The notes under the pieces were generated by a model. It ran no database searches, was not told where the DNA came from, and saw only the letters and a program-made list of their open reading frames with translations. 64,000 nt of DNA from assembly GCF_964204865.1 (NCBI RefSeq), contig NC_135253.1, positions 4,960,001 through 5,024,000 of the forward strand. The letters run 5' to 3'. The stretch comes from Styela clava. Its lineage: Eukaryota. Below, piece by piece: positions 40,301 to 54,135 of the stretch. The position numbers and the translations under genes were made by a program. The number at the start of each line of letters is the position of its first letter. The stretch's first letter is position 1.

Positions 40301-42394
40301 TCAAAATGAATACTCTTTCGCAATAATTTTAATTTGTATCCGATGTGTGCTTATGTTGATCGACGCCATTCCAAATCCTCTTTGCAAAACGACGATCCAA
40401 TGTCATGATCCTGTCTGGCAAAGGTTTAGAACAATCACTTTTGTTATTATGCAAAAGGTCTCGTCCAGCGGAAATGTTATATTTTCTTCTTTTTTTCAGT
40501 AAATTGAATACATCCTCATTATATCGGTATCGCCGGTCTGTATGGGCGGTCGACAAAACACAGTTTTAATCAATTTTTACGTAATTGCTGCATGAAGCGA
40601 GTTATGATGAGATCGATACGGAGAAAAATTAACGTGGCTATATGACCTGTCGCTGATTTTTAGAAGTAAAATAAATATTGAATCATAATCATACACGTAT
40701 CGCAATGATGTTACGATATTTCATCCTGCAAAACTGGAATGGCGAGATTCTGATGACACCAACTTTTGTTTTTTTCTGCCTAAGTTTCGAAGTGCATTTG
40801 CACGGGATAGCCGAAATTGGTGAGTAAAAAAATTGGAAGTAAAGTAAGCAGTGAAAGGTGTGTACAATATTTTTTGTCGGTGGGCCATGTAACCAACTTC
40901 AGACATCTAACTGCGCCACACAAAAAATTTAGCGGGAAAGGCGAGAGAAAAGAATGCGGCTATCGCTTAGTCTTATAGTAATAAAAGCACAGGGAGATGC
41001 AGCGAAAGATTTATTAACGCAGCGACAAGAGCAAAAAACATTATGTAATTTGCTCCATGTGAGCGCCTTTTATAACATAAACTGTCGATTTAGGATTTTG
41101 TGATTGATGTCTGAGTGTTGATAAGTGCCACACTAAATGGCTTGGCGGGCCGGGTTGTCCGTTTATGTTAAAAGCTGTGTTAGGAGCGAACGTGACAAAT
41201 AAATAGAGTCGTAACGCCATCATGCACGGCAGTGACCTCACAATGGCAAATATTTAGCGTTATGACTGATAATTACCTTATTTGTCCACAGACAGAGACA
41301 AACATTCCTCAACAACCCTATAGGTAGCTCACAATAAAACATAATACATGTCTCCCGTGAATTTTGCGATGACGTAGATTGAAATTTTCAGTTCTACGGA
41401 GAGCGCGTAGTAAACATTGCATATTTGTCCCGTGAGATTTGATGATGACGTTACTGTCGTTAGCTGATTTTGGCAGCTCCACGTATTTGTACACCACTCA
41501 CATTTATCAAGCATATTTCATGAATGGACCGCACCTTCGATGTTGCAATTTTCCTATGAATCACGCTTGATACGGCATAGATGAGGAAAGGATAATTTCG
41601 CTACCCTTCCCACGTTAATTAACTAAGAGGTCGTAAATAATATAGTTATGAAAAATTCCTATAATTATAGTCCCTAATAAGAAAACACTTTTCATACATA
41701 CACGAACAAGTATGGAGTACTGAAAAAACGAGACGCCAAAGTCGGTTTCAACTTAAATCATCGCTGGAAAAAGGCGTTAACACGTTTCATCCAGTGTTGC
41801 CTTTATTTAACATTAAGTGACATAGGGTTAAGGTTTAAAAATTGACACGTAATTTTACTTGCATTCATGCTGCCATTCATTACTGCCATGGATAAATTTA
41901 AGAATTACAGAAATGGGGTATATTTAAACAAACTTCGAAGTTGAAGTTAATTTGGCGACTATATAGGAGAGTGAATATGTCAGGATAATATAGTAACAAC
42001 ATTTCATTAATCAACAGCTTCTATACAAATGACCTATAACCTTTGAATTCCCATAAGCATGCGTTATATTGCAGCACACATCTTCGTAATTTAGCGATTT
42101 CAAAATAGTGAAGAATATGTGGAAAGGTCTTGAAGAATATTTCAATTGTAGGGACGATATTTCTTCTTGATTGTTACATTGAAGCTACATCGCAAGCTGA
42201 AAACGAGATTTAAATCGTTTTTTTTTTTGCTTTTAGATCTATGATAAAAGCAGAAAAATCAAGTCATATACATGAAACATGGTCACAGCTATTTATATTC
42301 AAAGCTCATTTCGAATGATTACTGTATAGAATTAGAATCAACACAGCCCGATGAACAAAGAATTTCATATACGCAAGAATGTAACGTTTTTAAG

Positions 42395-42703
42395 CAGGTA
42401 GTGGAGTCGGAGTCGTCTTCCCAGATTTCCGGATTTGGGAATCGGAGTCAAAATTTTGAACTCCTGATAGTCGGTTAGAATCAAGATTGCAGACTTCTCA
42501 ATGTCGGGGCTGATCAGAATGGCAATCTCTAACTGAAAATAAAACAAAAGCTAGTAAACGCCGAAGTCTTCGTAGTGAAGGTTTGTTGTACGGGAGTCCT
42601 GGATTCGTCCCAGCCTGTAAGACAACTTTTTAAAAGTATAAGTTTCTTATTTGAAGTAAAATGGATCGAAATCGAGTAAGATTTTTACGATTGCACAACC
42701 CTG
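42395..42703 (+). mobile_element. Degenerate hAT-type MITE with GGAGTC subterminal repeats
   Basis: Left caggtagtggagtcggagtcg, right cgattgcacaaccctg; internal ggaatcggagtc and gggagtc. No clear TSD. Confidence 0.55.
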
Positions 42704-45700
42704 CTATTGCAATATGAATTGAAATTGAAAATGGTTAGATTTTTATATATTTCATCGAATATCAAGAAAATGTCAAGAAATGCTCAGCAAGGCAAAATTT
42801 GAACCTTGCGAGTTTAAGTTATCACGATTGTGTGAACATACATTTGGCAGAAATCGCATTGAAATGTTCCACAAGAATTCTTCAGGGGTTTAATCTTTCA
42901 CCACTGATGATTGTTTAAACGCGCAAAACGGCTGTGGATCGAGTTGTCTTCAACGGCTTCCGACTAGACTTCCAACACTCAAATAATCATTTGACAAAAA
43001 CACAATTGAACAATATCAAAATGATATCTTCAATCGAGTATGTCTCATTAATAAATCATGTATTAGAGTCACAAACCCTTCCCAGCCCTTGCCTGGTCTG
43101 CGATAATCTTATTCCCAAAGTCGTTTTCATAAATAGATTTAACGTCTTAATAATCAAATCTCGAAGGGAGAACAGTTCCAAAAATATCATTTCAAATGCT
43201 CCGCGATCCCAAGAGAGAATCCTATTGTACCAATGCCAAGTCCACGGACGGAGGACACGAAAACAAGAGGAGTTTAATTTCATTTGACTGAGCGCACAAA
43301 ATATTCAGTTATACCGGTAAGTGCGTCCCACGGGAGAAAAAAATTCCGAACAAACACTTATAAAAACATTCGACCGAGTTCAAGTCTATTAAAAATCACT
43401 TCGAACGAGAGAACAGAAAAGCAATGTGGTTTATGAGTGCTCGATTTAATCAAATTTTCCCGGATTCTCAACATTGGAAGAAAAACATCGGGTAAAAGAA
43501 AGACGCGGTTTTACCCCTCGACCAAAAGACTCTACCACTGTGTAAAATATTTACTGATATTCCACATAAAAAAATGAAAATTACAGGTGATTTTTGTCGT
43601 ATAGGAATTCACTGTCGAGAAGCTATAGTACTGTGCCTAAGAATCACAGAATCAACGCATTGAAAATACGCATTGATTTACAGGCCGATCCCCAAAAGCA
43701 GTATTCATAAATTTATTAATTACTTCTACAAAAATGAAGAAAATTTGATCAACATTTTTGTTTGTGTATGATGATAGCCAAAAGTTTGAGGAATCGAGGG
43801 CGGTTCCAAATCGCCTGGATGTTGGTTTCGGGGGTAACCATTATGAACAATTTGTCATTTTCTGAAATGGAGCAATCTTGTTACAACGTCATTTTTACTT
43901 GATCTCTTCAAACCTGAACAAAATCCAACTGGTGAGTGCTACCATACATGCCAGATTCTCCGTTTATGGTAAAAAATGATCTCGTAGTCTAAAATACATC
44001 AATAGAACCCAATTACAACCAAAAAAAGATTTCTTATGTCAAATAACCTGCGAAAAATTGCTGCTTTTTGTTTCACTTTTGGTGTGTGGTGAATCACCAG
44101 ATTACAAAATCGTGAGCTACTTCTCGTTATAATTACTTGCTAAGTGCAGCAAAATAGCTCTTGTAATTCGAGAATACATCACGTACACACGCTTTTTAAA
44201 TGCTTATGTAATTGAAGGGACATTCCTGGCCTCAGTTCAGTCTCACTGTAAGGTTTGAATATATCTGTGTTTTATATACGGCCCATAATAAACAGATGTT
44301 CATATATGACTCCGTTTAACAATATAACATATTGCTAAGCTTGAACAGGCCTTTTCAGCATTTATCATGGCTTTGGCTTAGAGATATGAAGTGTCCTCCA
44401 ATGGTGTTTTGAATTTGTTTTGTTAAGGAGAAACGCTCTTTAAATCGCTTATCAACAGGAGTCCGTGTACTTTCAAACGCGTTTTCTCCGAACTGACGCA
44501 TTACCACGAACGTACAATGACGTCAAATGCAATGCTGTCAGCTGTTTTAGGTTTTGTATATCCTTTTTAGATATGTAATGCTGTGAGAAGTCACGAAACC
44601 TATTTTTTGTTGTAAATAATGTACTATATACCACACTCAGATCACGTGAAATAACGAATTATCTCACACAATTAAAAAGAAACAAGCTTATTCCATTATT
44701 ACCTAGTTTGAGTTGAATCAAAAATAAAAGTGCCACTAGTGATATGCCATGAGTTATTATATTTGTGTTGAGAATAGAACTCCGTAGCCTATGTACCATA
44801 TCGCTACACCCTGGTCAATGTGATTTGCATTGGGTTCGCAATCGAATTTTTAACCCGTGATGCGAACTAGGCTAAGTCAAGGGCGGTTTTAAAATGTATA
44901 TTCTGCGGTAATTTTACAAAACATTTCAAAGAACAACGGTTTTTTGACATCTTTCAAAGATAAAAAAAACAACAACGAGATAGTCAAATTGAAAATTGTA
45001 TATGTACAAAGCACCTTACCGCACCGGGCTGACACATTATTACTTCAAGATGAGTTATCCATCGTCTTCGAATCTGGCAATAGCAATAAACAACTTATAA
45101 TGAGTAATAAACGATGCCTTAACAACATATATTATTACTTGTAATGAGAAATTGGACTTAATTAGAAAGAACGGTTATCAAATGCGTCACATTCAAAGCA
45201 ACCCATGACAACACGCACACAACACAAAGATATTAAATCAACAATTCCATCATCCCATAGCGACTTAATGGTGGTTTTGAATTGGTTACACATCTGTGCA
45301 TTTCACTGACCTGTTGGATTATAAATGATTCATTTTCTATATCATATTCATTGGAATTTATAGTTAGGTCAAATTAGTTCGTTTAGATTTAAGTTCATAC
45401 CAGTTCCTGCGTTTAAAGTGAAATTTATGTTTATGCACTTGGAATTTAATGAATTGTTCAGGTTCTCGCCCTGAAACCTATTTTTGCCATGGTATTTCGT
45501 TTGATGAAACTTTTAAATTTCAAAAAATTCATTACACTTTTAACAATCCAAAGCCCTCGTACGGAATGACGTAATTTTTTTTGTTTGTTGAGATTCTATT
45601 TACAGAGATTTCAACAATCCATCAGAATATTTTATAAAATATAATTATGGAAACATATGATTATCTCCCAATTAAAACAAATGATGTTCCTAACCGTATT

Positions 45701-48700
45701 TAATGACCCAAATTAGGACCACTTCAAATTATAATGATTCATGAAAAACCAATAAACCCGTTTAAATTACGTAGCAACTACACAAAATTGGAGCTATATT
45801 CTACACTTATTCACTACACCCGATCAGTAAATATTGTACACTTGTCCAGTAGGGAATGACGTAAAAAGCGATGAATATAAATTTTGAACCCGAAAAAGAA
45901 TCTGATTGAAATAATTAGCTAACCATATTTGAAGATGAAAAAAATGCAGACCAAAATATCCAAAATAACTTCATTTTATTAACCTGGAGATGAGAGTAAC
46001 ACTGTACTAAAAATTTTATCGGGTAGTCTTTCTAAGAAAAACACTTTAATTACTGAAGGTGATCTAGGATAATGGTACTTTATTAGGTAACAGCTAATTC
46101 AAATACACATTTTGAGTGCAATTTAAAAATTAAAAATATACTAATTGAAAACACTGCCACAAAACCACATCTTCAATTCCCATTTCTGAAAGAGCTTTTT
46201 CAAATTGATATCATGACGACACGCTGGACCCTGAAATATCCCGATGGAACAAGAATTGTTAAATGCCATGAGTGTTAACAATTAATCTCATGTTCAAGTT
46301 GAACTTGCTGAAAAACTTTATTTCTGTGAATTGAGACTGCCCATGACTTAAAATCCATTTAGATTGCCTAAAACGTTTTTGGCATTAAAAACGGCTACCA
46401 GCGCCTATTATTGGTTTGAAATATTTTCTCTAATAATACGTTAGCTGTTTATTTGCGCTTGGTAATTCGTAGGAAATCAAATTAATTTTATTCGTAACTA
46501 TAAATTACACTTGTGAAACGATCGTCATTTGCCAGAAACATAATATCATTTTCCGTAAGTCGTGACAACAGAATCGTTCATATAGGTTGAAATGAAGCGA
46601 AAGAATAACGCCTCTTACACACCTTAATCCATACTAAAAATCAAACAGGAAAAAACAATCCATTTTACAATACATAATTCGTTCATCTATTTAAGTGAAA
46701 GTTATATAGTGCTAGGGAAGATAGAAAAATTCGGAACGAAAGTTTATAAATATATACTAAATATAGAAAATACAATCTAACGCTTCCACAAACATAAAAT
46801 GGTGTTGAATGCGCCGAGATCCATGTAATTGAAATTTGTAACCAATATTAATCTGTACGAATATACAAATAAAAAATAGCTGCCCATCTACGTAATCCAA
46901 TCAGACCCGTTTTACATAATTTTCAATTTGATCAAATTATGAATTTGTTTATGGCATATTCCTCTAACAGGCTTTTTGTACTATAAACAAATATTTTTAT
47001 CACATAAAAATCCCGGATACACCAACTCAAGAAGTAAGTTGAAACGTAGCTTATGTTTATCTTACAGATTTCCGAACGTTTGTACCACTCTAAACAAACA
47101 TTAATAAAAATAACCACGCGCCGATGACGAATGACGCTGAGGGAGACCTTTGCCCGTCAATTAGCGCGTAAATCAAGGCAAAGGGCTACGTGATGAATAA
47201 CGCTCTTAATTGATGTTTGTTTGAGTTAACTGGCTATTTAAAAACCCCAATCAAACTCAACTGACTTTACTATAAAAAAGAGGAAGCAATTTAAAGAGAT
47301 TATGGGGTTATTCAAACTGCCGTATTGGACAAACGATGTTTTGGTTTTCAAATAGAACAACTTTTCACAGTAAGCTCCTATTTTTAAATGCGATTCATTA
47401 TAAATACTCCTAACTGCGAGTACATTATCTGAATTTTATTTGCAGTGCGTAGTCAACTAATGGAAAGTAATCATCATACAGTTGAAGTAAAAATAAGTTG
47501 ATGTCAAAACAAGATGGTTTTAGTATAATTAATTCCAAACCTGTCGTTTTCTTTCAACTTAGCTTGAACATCGAATGCAAAACAAATTATAGAAAAAGCC
47601 GTAGATTTTCTCCCTGTCTTGAATATCAATATATTAACTTCACTCCGTCATTGTCAACGCGGGTGGGGATGTCAAAAAAAGCCAAACCGCATTTTAGCAT
47701 TAACATAAACAACTGATTTTTGTAATAATATACTATTTCATTGTTTAGCTAAATTGGGGTCGTGGGCTCAACTTTGTGTCTAAGTTTATAGTTTTTGAAC
47801 ACTAAACACGAAGAATTATTCATTTAAAACACTAGAATAACCTATGTATGCCAGAACACATCATACATTTTCTAATCACTGTTTACATTTTTATCAGTGA
47901 GAGTGATGTATTCATAAAATTGGTTCACATTGAATTTTTGTACAAAAATCGTTATAATGTTGATTTCGAACTCAATTCCCCGCCACTCTGCGTTTGCTAT
48001 ATGCCTCCGCAGATGAAGTCCCTCACCGATTGGTTTAATCACTGACCTGGCGCAGGGCTGCCTGTTTAGGTCATTTTCCAGAAGAAACTTTCTTGTAAAA
48101 ATCACTGTATAAAATTTTTTTTAAATGTTACATAAATAAACCGGTACTGACGTATTACCGGAATAAGTTCTAACAGTTTCAACTCTTGTAGGGTCATAGG
48201 AAATGACATCGAAACTTCCGGTTTCATAAGATCAGTCAAAAATTCACCCCAAATTAAGTGATAAAATTCAAAAATGACGAATGAGGGTTTCTCCGCCCAA
48301 TTACGAGATGTTGATTCTGCGTTGAAAGTAAATTAAATTAACTTGATCATTTTGAGTATAATATTAGTTTTGTTTTACAAACCACAAAAACTACTAAACG
48401 AAAATTGATGTTTGTGGTTTCAAACGATGGGGTTTGCTTTCATCAACCAAAGCTTCCCAATATAGCCGCACATATCGCAGCTCGGGTTAAAAGGTTTAGA
48501 ATGTAAAAAAGGCGATGAAACCTCATACAAACTCATTCGTTACGATATGCAATAGTACTGACTGTCAATTTAAAAATTTCATTTTGAAAGAATGAAAATT
48601 GAGATGCAGCAAATTCTCATAAAAAAACAGCAAAATTACAGTAACTTCAGAGCACAGAATTTATTCAATAAACAGAAACAAGACGAAGTAAAATTTATTT

Positions 48701-51700
48701 TTATGACAAAAAATATTCCTTTTTTCAGTTGTGGTGAAATTTTTATATTTTTATATTATTTTTATTTTTTTTGGAGTAACACCCTTATTCTGAACTACGA
48801 ACAAGGCTCTACAAGAGCAGATCTTATTATTTTTGGATATAGTTCTTTCCTAATGAACAAATTACGTTACGAGCTTATAACCTTCTTTCGCACTGTTGAT
48901 TATATTTCGTAGACAAGGTTTGAATTTTAGAACCTGCGTGACAGAGGTCAAGATGAATCACGTTTTGGGTGGTTTAAAGGTTAATTCTTAAAAAAACGAA
49001 TACACTTTTACGTCGGTGTAAATCAATCAACATATTTCGGTAAAACATTCTTTGATCAAATCGTTCAAAATTAGTGTTCAAAACATGGTTTTTAAATTAC
49101 GGTAATTAAACCCAGATTAGCACCCACGCACAATGAACAACTTTATTAATGAAAAAAAGGTAAAATTAGTTCGTTTTTGCATCCTAGATTACTTAAACCT
49201 TTGGGAACCACGCTATACAGTAATGCCACTTAGTAGATCTACGTTTTCACTTCATATCGATGACTTCAAAGAACGACGAATCACATTAAAACATATAAAG
49301 GTAATTTGGTAAACATTTGAACAGAAAAATACAATTATAAAAGTGATGGGGAGACGTAACAAAGTAACACTCCTACTTTGTTAACTTACCGCACATGTAC
49401 ATTACCATCGCACCTCGGAATTTAAACCTCTCTTGTTTCAAAAAAATAAAACAACCGAAATTTATGAGCCATTGTGAAATATTGAGGCGTAACAAAGAAT
49501 GCGTTATTGTATAAATTTACTTTCACCACGGATTGACTATCTAAATATATTTCAATTGTAATATTTATATTAAACCGAAATTTAAGCCTCAAATTTGACG
49601 AAAGCCAAAGATTTGCACTTTCTGTTTCCCGTCCTGGGATAATGAAGTCTTTGTCTGTCGACGCCGCCTCAGCGTTGAGTATACTTTCGTCATATCAGCA
49701 AAATTCATCACATTTTTATGTAACTGGATGATCCCTTTATCAGTGATGTAACACAGACGATCGACCCAGCATGAACAAATATGAATCGTAAATATTGTTC
49801 ACATAAACGCCTCCATACACAATATTATTCGAGCCAAGAAGCATTCAAGTATGAATCAAAAATGGTCATGTTTAAGTATTTCCTGCTTTAGTGGACAAAT
49901 GTAAATTCAAATAACTATTGTTGAATTACAGTCTAATTTTAGAAGATTTCTCAATGTTTTTTCATAGTTAATTTCCAAACTTCCATTCAATTGCATTTTG
50001 TCTATCTAGTTGTTAGAAATGTCGTTTCAATGTGTTTGCAATACGTGATGCTTTCCTTATGAAGCCACGCTTTGTCGACTTGAGCACAATTAGCTCATTC
50101 ACCAAACGTCGTTTACGACATTTTCTTCGATATTATACACATGTTGAATGTTTAGATAGTGTGTCCTTGATATTTACTATCTTGAGCGAATATCCAATAT
50201 TTAACAAGTAATATTCGAAATGGAATAGATATAGAATTATACTTTTGATTTTATCAAGCCCAGACATGTGTAATTGCTTTCAAAATGAAAGGCGATGTCG
50301 ATCATACGTGGGGTATTCATAAATGGGCGATGTACCGTGTGTGACAAATTATAAGGAGCGTTTGTTTGGAAGGAAACGTTCGGCTCCAAAAACGACTTTT
50401 ATAAGCCAATGTCCTGTGAAAATAGCTGGATAGTTTGAAAACCACGGCTTTACGTTTCATTTATCTCACTTAGTTTTATAATTATCTACTCGCAAAAACT
50501 TCATTAAACTATATATCCACCAAAGTTTAATTTGAAATTTCGTAAAAAGTCTGTCGTAGACTAGAGTTTATCCAATTATTTGTGATTTCATCTATACAAA
50601 ATATAAACAGTTTTCGAGATACAAGTACAATGTTTCCTTGAGAATAAAAATTCCGATTAAATGCTGATATATTTTTGCACCATCGGTATAAATTGGGCAA
50701 ATGTAATTCCTTCGTAAAGCAAGATTTTCTTATTTGCGTTAGCACTAATAGCTGTGGCATTTTTTTTTTCGTCCGAAAGCGATCTTTCCATTACAACACA
50801 TCAGGAAAATATTTAATTTTCAATCAAGTCTCACAATCCAGTCAATTCCAACAACTGTTTCTTTGTAACTTTTCTGCGCCAAACCCATGACAAGTCGAAG
50901 AAGACGAAGGAGGGGCAATCAAACTCTGCAATTTCAGATATTTATCATAAGAACGTGTCGATAAGAATCAAATAAACGTTTTACAACCAATCCAGTGATA
51001 AAACCCGTAGTGTTTGCGCTGTACTGTTCTTTAATTAAGGATAATATGTTTTAGGGTGTGGTGGACCTACTTAACTTTATGTTATTACTGTAATATTGAA
51101 AGATACTGACAGCTGCTACTTAACGTTCATTTACATTACCGCACCCGCCATTTTTCATTTCTCTTTCCGTTCGTGTGTTAACGCAGAACCTATCTTTAGA
51201 AACGTCCTTAATATCGGCCTTGGAATATCACTGTTAAACAAAAGTGATAATATAAATATAACTTTAACTGTTATGTATCCTAGTATTAATCCAAAATTTA
51301 GAAAAATTTATCGATTTTTCAACAGTATCTTACCGTAATGGCAGGCGTTAGAAATCCACGCGACTTGAAAAGGATATAAAAAAGACTTGCCTTTTCTATA
51401 TATAAACTTTGTTTATAGAGTCAAAAATGAACCAGAATAGGATAAAATTAGAAAATGAGCTGGTCAAAACTAGCTATTAATCAAATATATGCACGAAGTC
51501 GATGTAATAATAGTACAATCTTCTGTTTTAAGACTCAATAGATTTTTTATATAGAGACCAGAAATATAGGAACATTGTGGCTTTCGAAGTAATAAGCCCA
51601 TAATGGATATAGATACCATCACTATTCTTGGTTTAGGAATTATTTGGCACACCTATACACTCAAATGAATAGTTCTCATTTCAGAAAAGCTCTGACATTT

Positions 51701-52709
51701 TGATGCAACACCAAGGTTCTGAAGCAACTTTCTGTTTAAGCCCAGATAAATATCATCTATTTAACCTAGGAAATGTGTAAATTTATCATGAAAGATCAAT
51801 GAAAACGTAGCATTGCGGTAAATGACCCGCAATTTACTTGAAAAAGTCGGCATTGGAGATGGAACAACTGAAAATAAAGGTAGATTCAGTGAAATCTATG
51901 CCTTTGACTTATGATCATCTTTAGCGGATAATGGAACCTTAGTGGTTTTATTCATATATACATGTATACAACATACCAAACTTTAACTGTGAGTTTGATA
52001 TTTCTATTAAATACAATATACGTTGTAAAACAGGAAAATTTCATCCACTCATGCTTCATGTGATGACCCCAGAAGTCACTCGGACTATAAAATATAATTA
52101 ATCCGCATGTGTATGACGCTTTTCTATTAATATACCATGGATTAGCCATCCCGACGGCAAACTAATCCTAATGCATTATCGGCACCTATGATTTGCTTTT
52201 GTTCGTTAATTTTCTACTACACAGAAGTACACAAAGGTCAATACTACAAACAATTCACGAACAGCCGTGAAGTTTTCATTTTCTCATTGAAGATGTTATA
52301 GTATATTGAACTCTTTTAAACTACGTATAAAAAAGTTGCTGTACATTTTCATATTGATTGTTTCAATACTGTTTTATGAGCAATAAGTCTTTCAGTTAGA
52401 GTTTGCCTTGTTTGGTAGGTTTTTGTTTTGATTAAATTGACTAAATAAAATCTTCAAGTCAAAATTTCATTATAATTATTCGAGGTTTACAATATAATAA
52501 ATTACCACTTAAGATGATTATTGAAATTAACCGGGTAGGTAGGTAACACAACGTATACGAATAGTTCAGCGCTTCACATTGCAGAGATATAAACTGTTGG
52601 CAAGTAAGCGAGATAAATACATGACAGGCAACACCACAAATTTTTTACCCCTAAACAGTGTTTGCTTATATATACCTTCGGTATTGCATATAGCCGATTT
52701 TTCACATTC

Positions 52710-52783
52710 TGGGCGAGGTATTGGGCATGTAATTTGAACCCGATAAATTCGATACCACAGTTCGCTCTAATCACCAGGCCCGC
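52710..52783 (-). mobile_element. tRNA-derived SINE-like head (degenerate)
   Basis: Minus strand reads gggcctggtgattagagcgaac...tcgggttcaaat, similar to 53976-54040. Confidence 0.45.
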
Positions 52784-53975
52784 GAAATATTGCTTCTAAT
52801 CTTTGAACGACAGGCATTATTGTTGCAGGGATTTATACTGTATTAGTGTAACAGTGGCTGTTTTGCAGATTTCCACATTCAATTGATGGCGGCTTTATTC
52901 GAGTAACCTTGTATAAAAATTAGTACCTAACCTCCTTTCGCGTCTCTCAACTATTTTCACACGAAGTTAAATCTCGAAATGAATAAATCAAAATTTCAGA
53001 TTATGCGCAGATTATATTGCAAGAAACGTCAATATCTATAGGGAAATCAAGTATCAAAATCAGCACGCTAGAATAGGATTTAAAGCTTAACATTCAGGTT
53101 CAAAGTGTGATGTCGTGAATCAATGAGGTAAACTTGACATATAATCCTACTAAGTTGTTGGGAATATGTTTTTGTTCGATTTTTAAATAGTAATAGTATC
53201 AAAGTTATCGGATTAGTCCACGTTCAGAATCCCAAAAGTAAAACTTGAAAGCGGGGTATGCAATTGGGAATTCATTCAAAGAAAACTTTTTCAACGATTC
53301 TATAATCGATAATAAAAAATCGATATATGTCGTGAGAAAATAGATTTAATTTTTAGATAATACTAATATAATTCATATAAAAGAGATTCTGTTATTTATA
53401 TAGAAGGCCATATATGAATGGTTGGTATTCTGAAATTTTGCCATTACTTTTAATTTAAAAAAACCTAAATGACCTCCTTTTTCGCGAAATCAAGATATAT
53501 GTCAAATAAATCATGCTTTTACTGAAGCTGACAAATTTCACAAAACGAATGAGTAATTTATAATATCTAAATTCGTAAAAAGTATATTTTCAAATAGCAT
53601 TCACCTTAAGCATTCTTTCTAAACTAGTACTTTCAGACATTTAGTTATTTGATGAAATTTTCAGGATAAGGACATGTTAATGATCTTGTACTGGAGAACA
53701 AATTACGAAATGTTGAGATGATATTTGCAAAATACGCTTGACGCGCATATTACGCACATAAAGTAGTGTCCAAATGTAAAAACAAGGGGGTAATTATCCA
53801 TTGGAACTTATAGATAATTCTTCACATTTCGACGCTACCGTTGTTAAATTCCTTTGGACAGTTAAAAAATGTGCCAAATCAGTATTTTAATAATTAAACA
53901 AATAGATCGCGGAGTCCTTAAGTTTCTATTGTAGGGGCTACGGAGGCTCCATATGATCCACTTTGAGAACCTATA

Positions 53976-54135
53976 GGGCCTAGTGGTTAGGGCGGTGAAC
54001 CAAAACTGATTATCTTTGCAGGTTAATGACCTCGGGTTCAAAGTTCAAACACCGAGCCCACCACCCGTCCAGATTTTAATGCATTAAGATTAGGGTAATG
54101 CCAAACCGAGAAGATTCCGCTACTTCCGGAACTCC
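53976..54135 (+). mobile_element. tRNA-derived SINE-like element (degenerate)
   Basis: A-box-like ggcctagtggttag and B-box-like gggttcaaa; no cloverleaf. The body taatgcatta.gattag has an inverted relative near 52150-52178. Confidence 0.55.

Noticed and set aside
42835-43500. Possible minus-strand first exon (ORF 43056-43283; ATG-RFLPN followed by gtatgt)
   Set aside because: No homology, no downstream exon identified, and no clear promoter.
53976-54060. Possible tRNA gene
   Set aside because: A and B boxes are present but no acceptor or anticodon stems; better explained as a SINE head.
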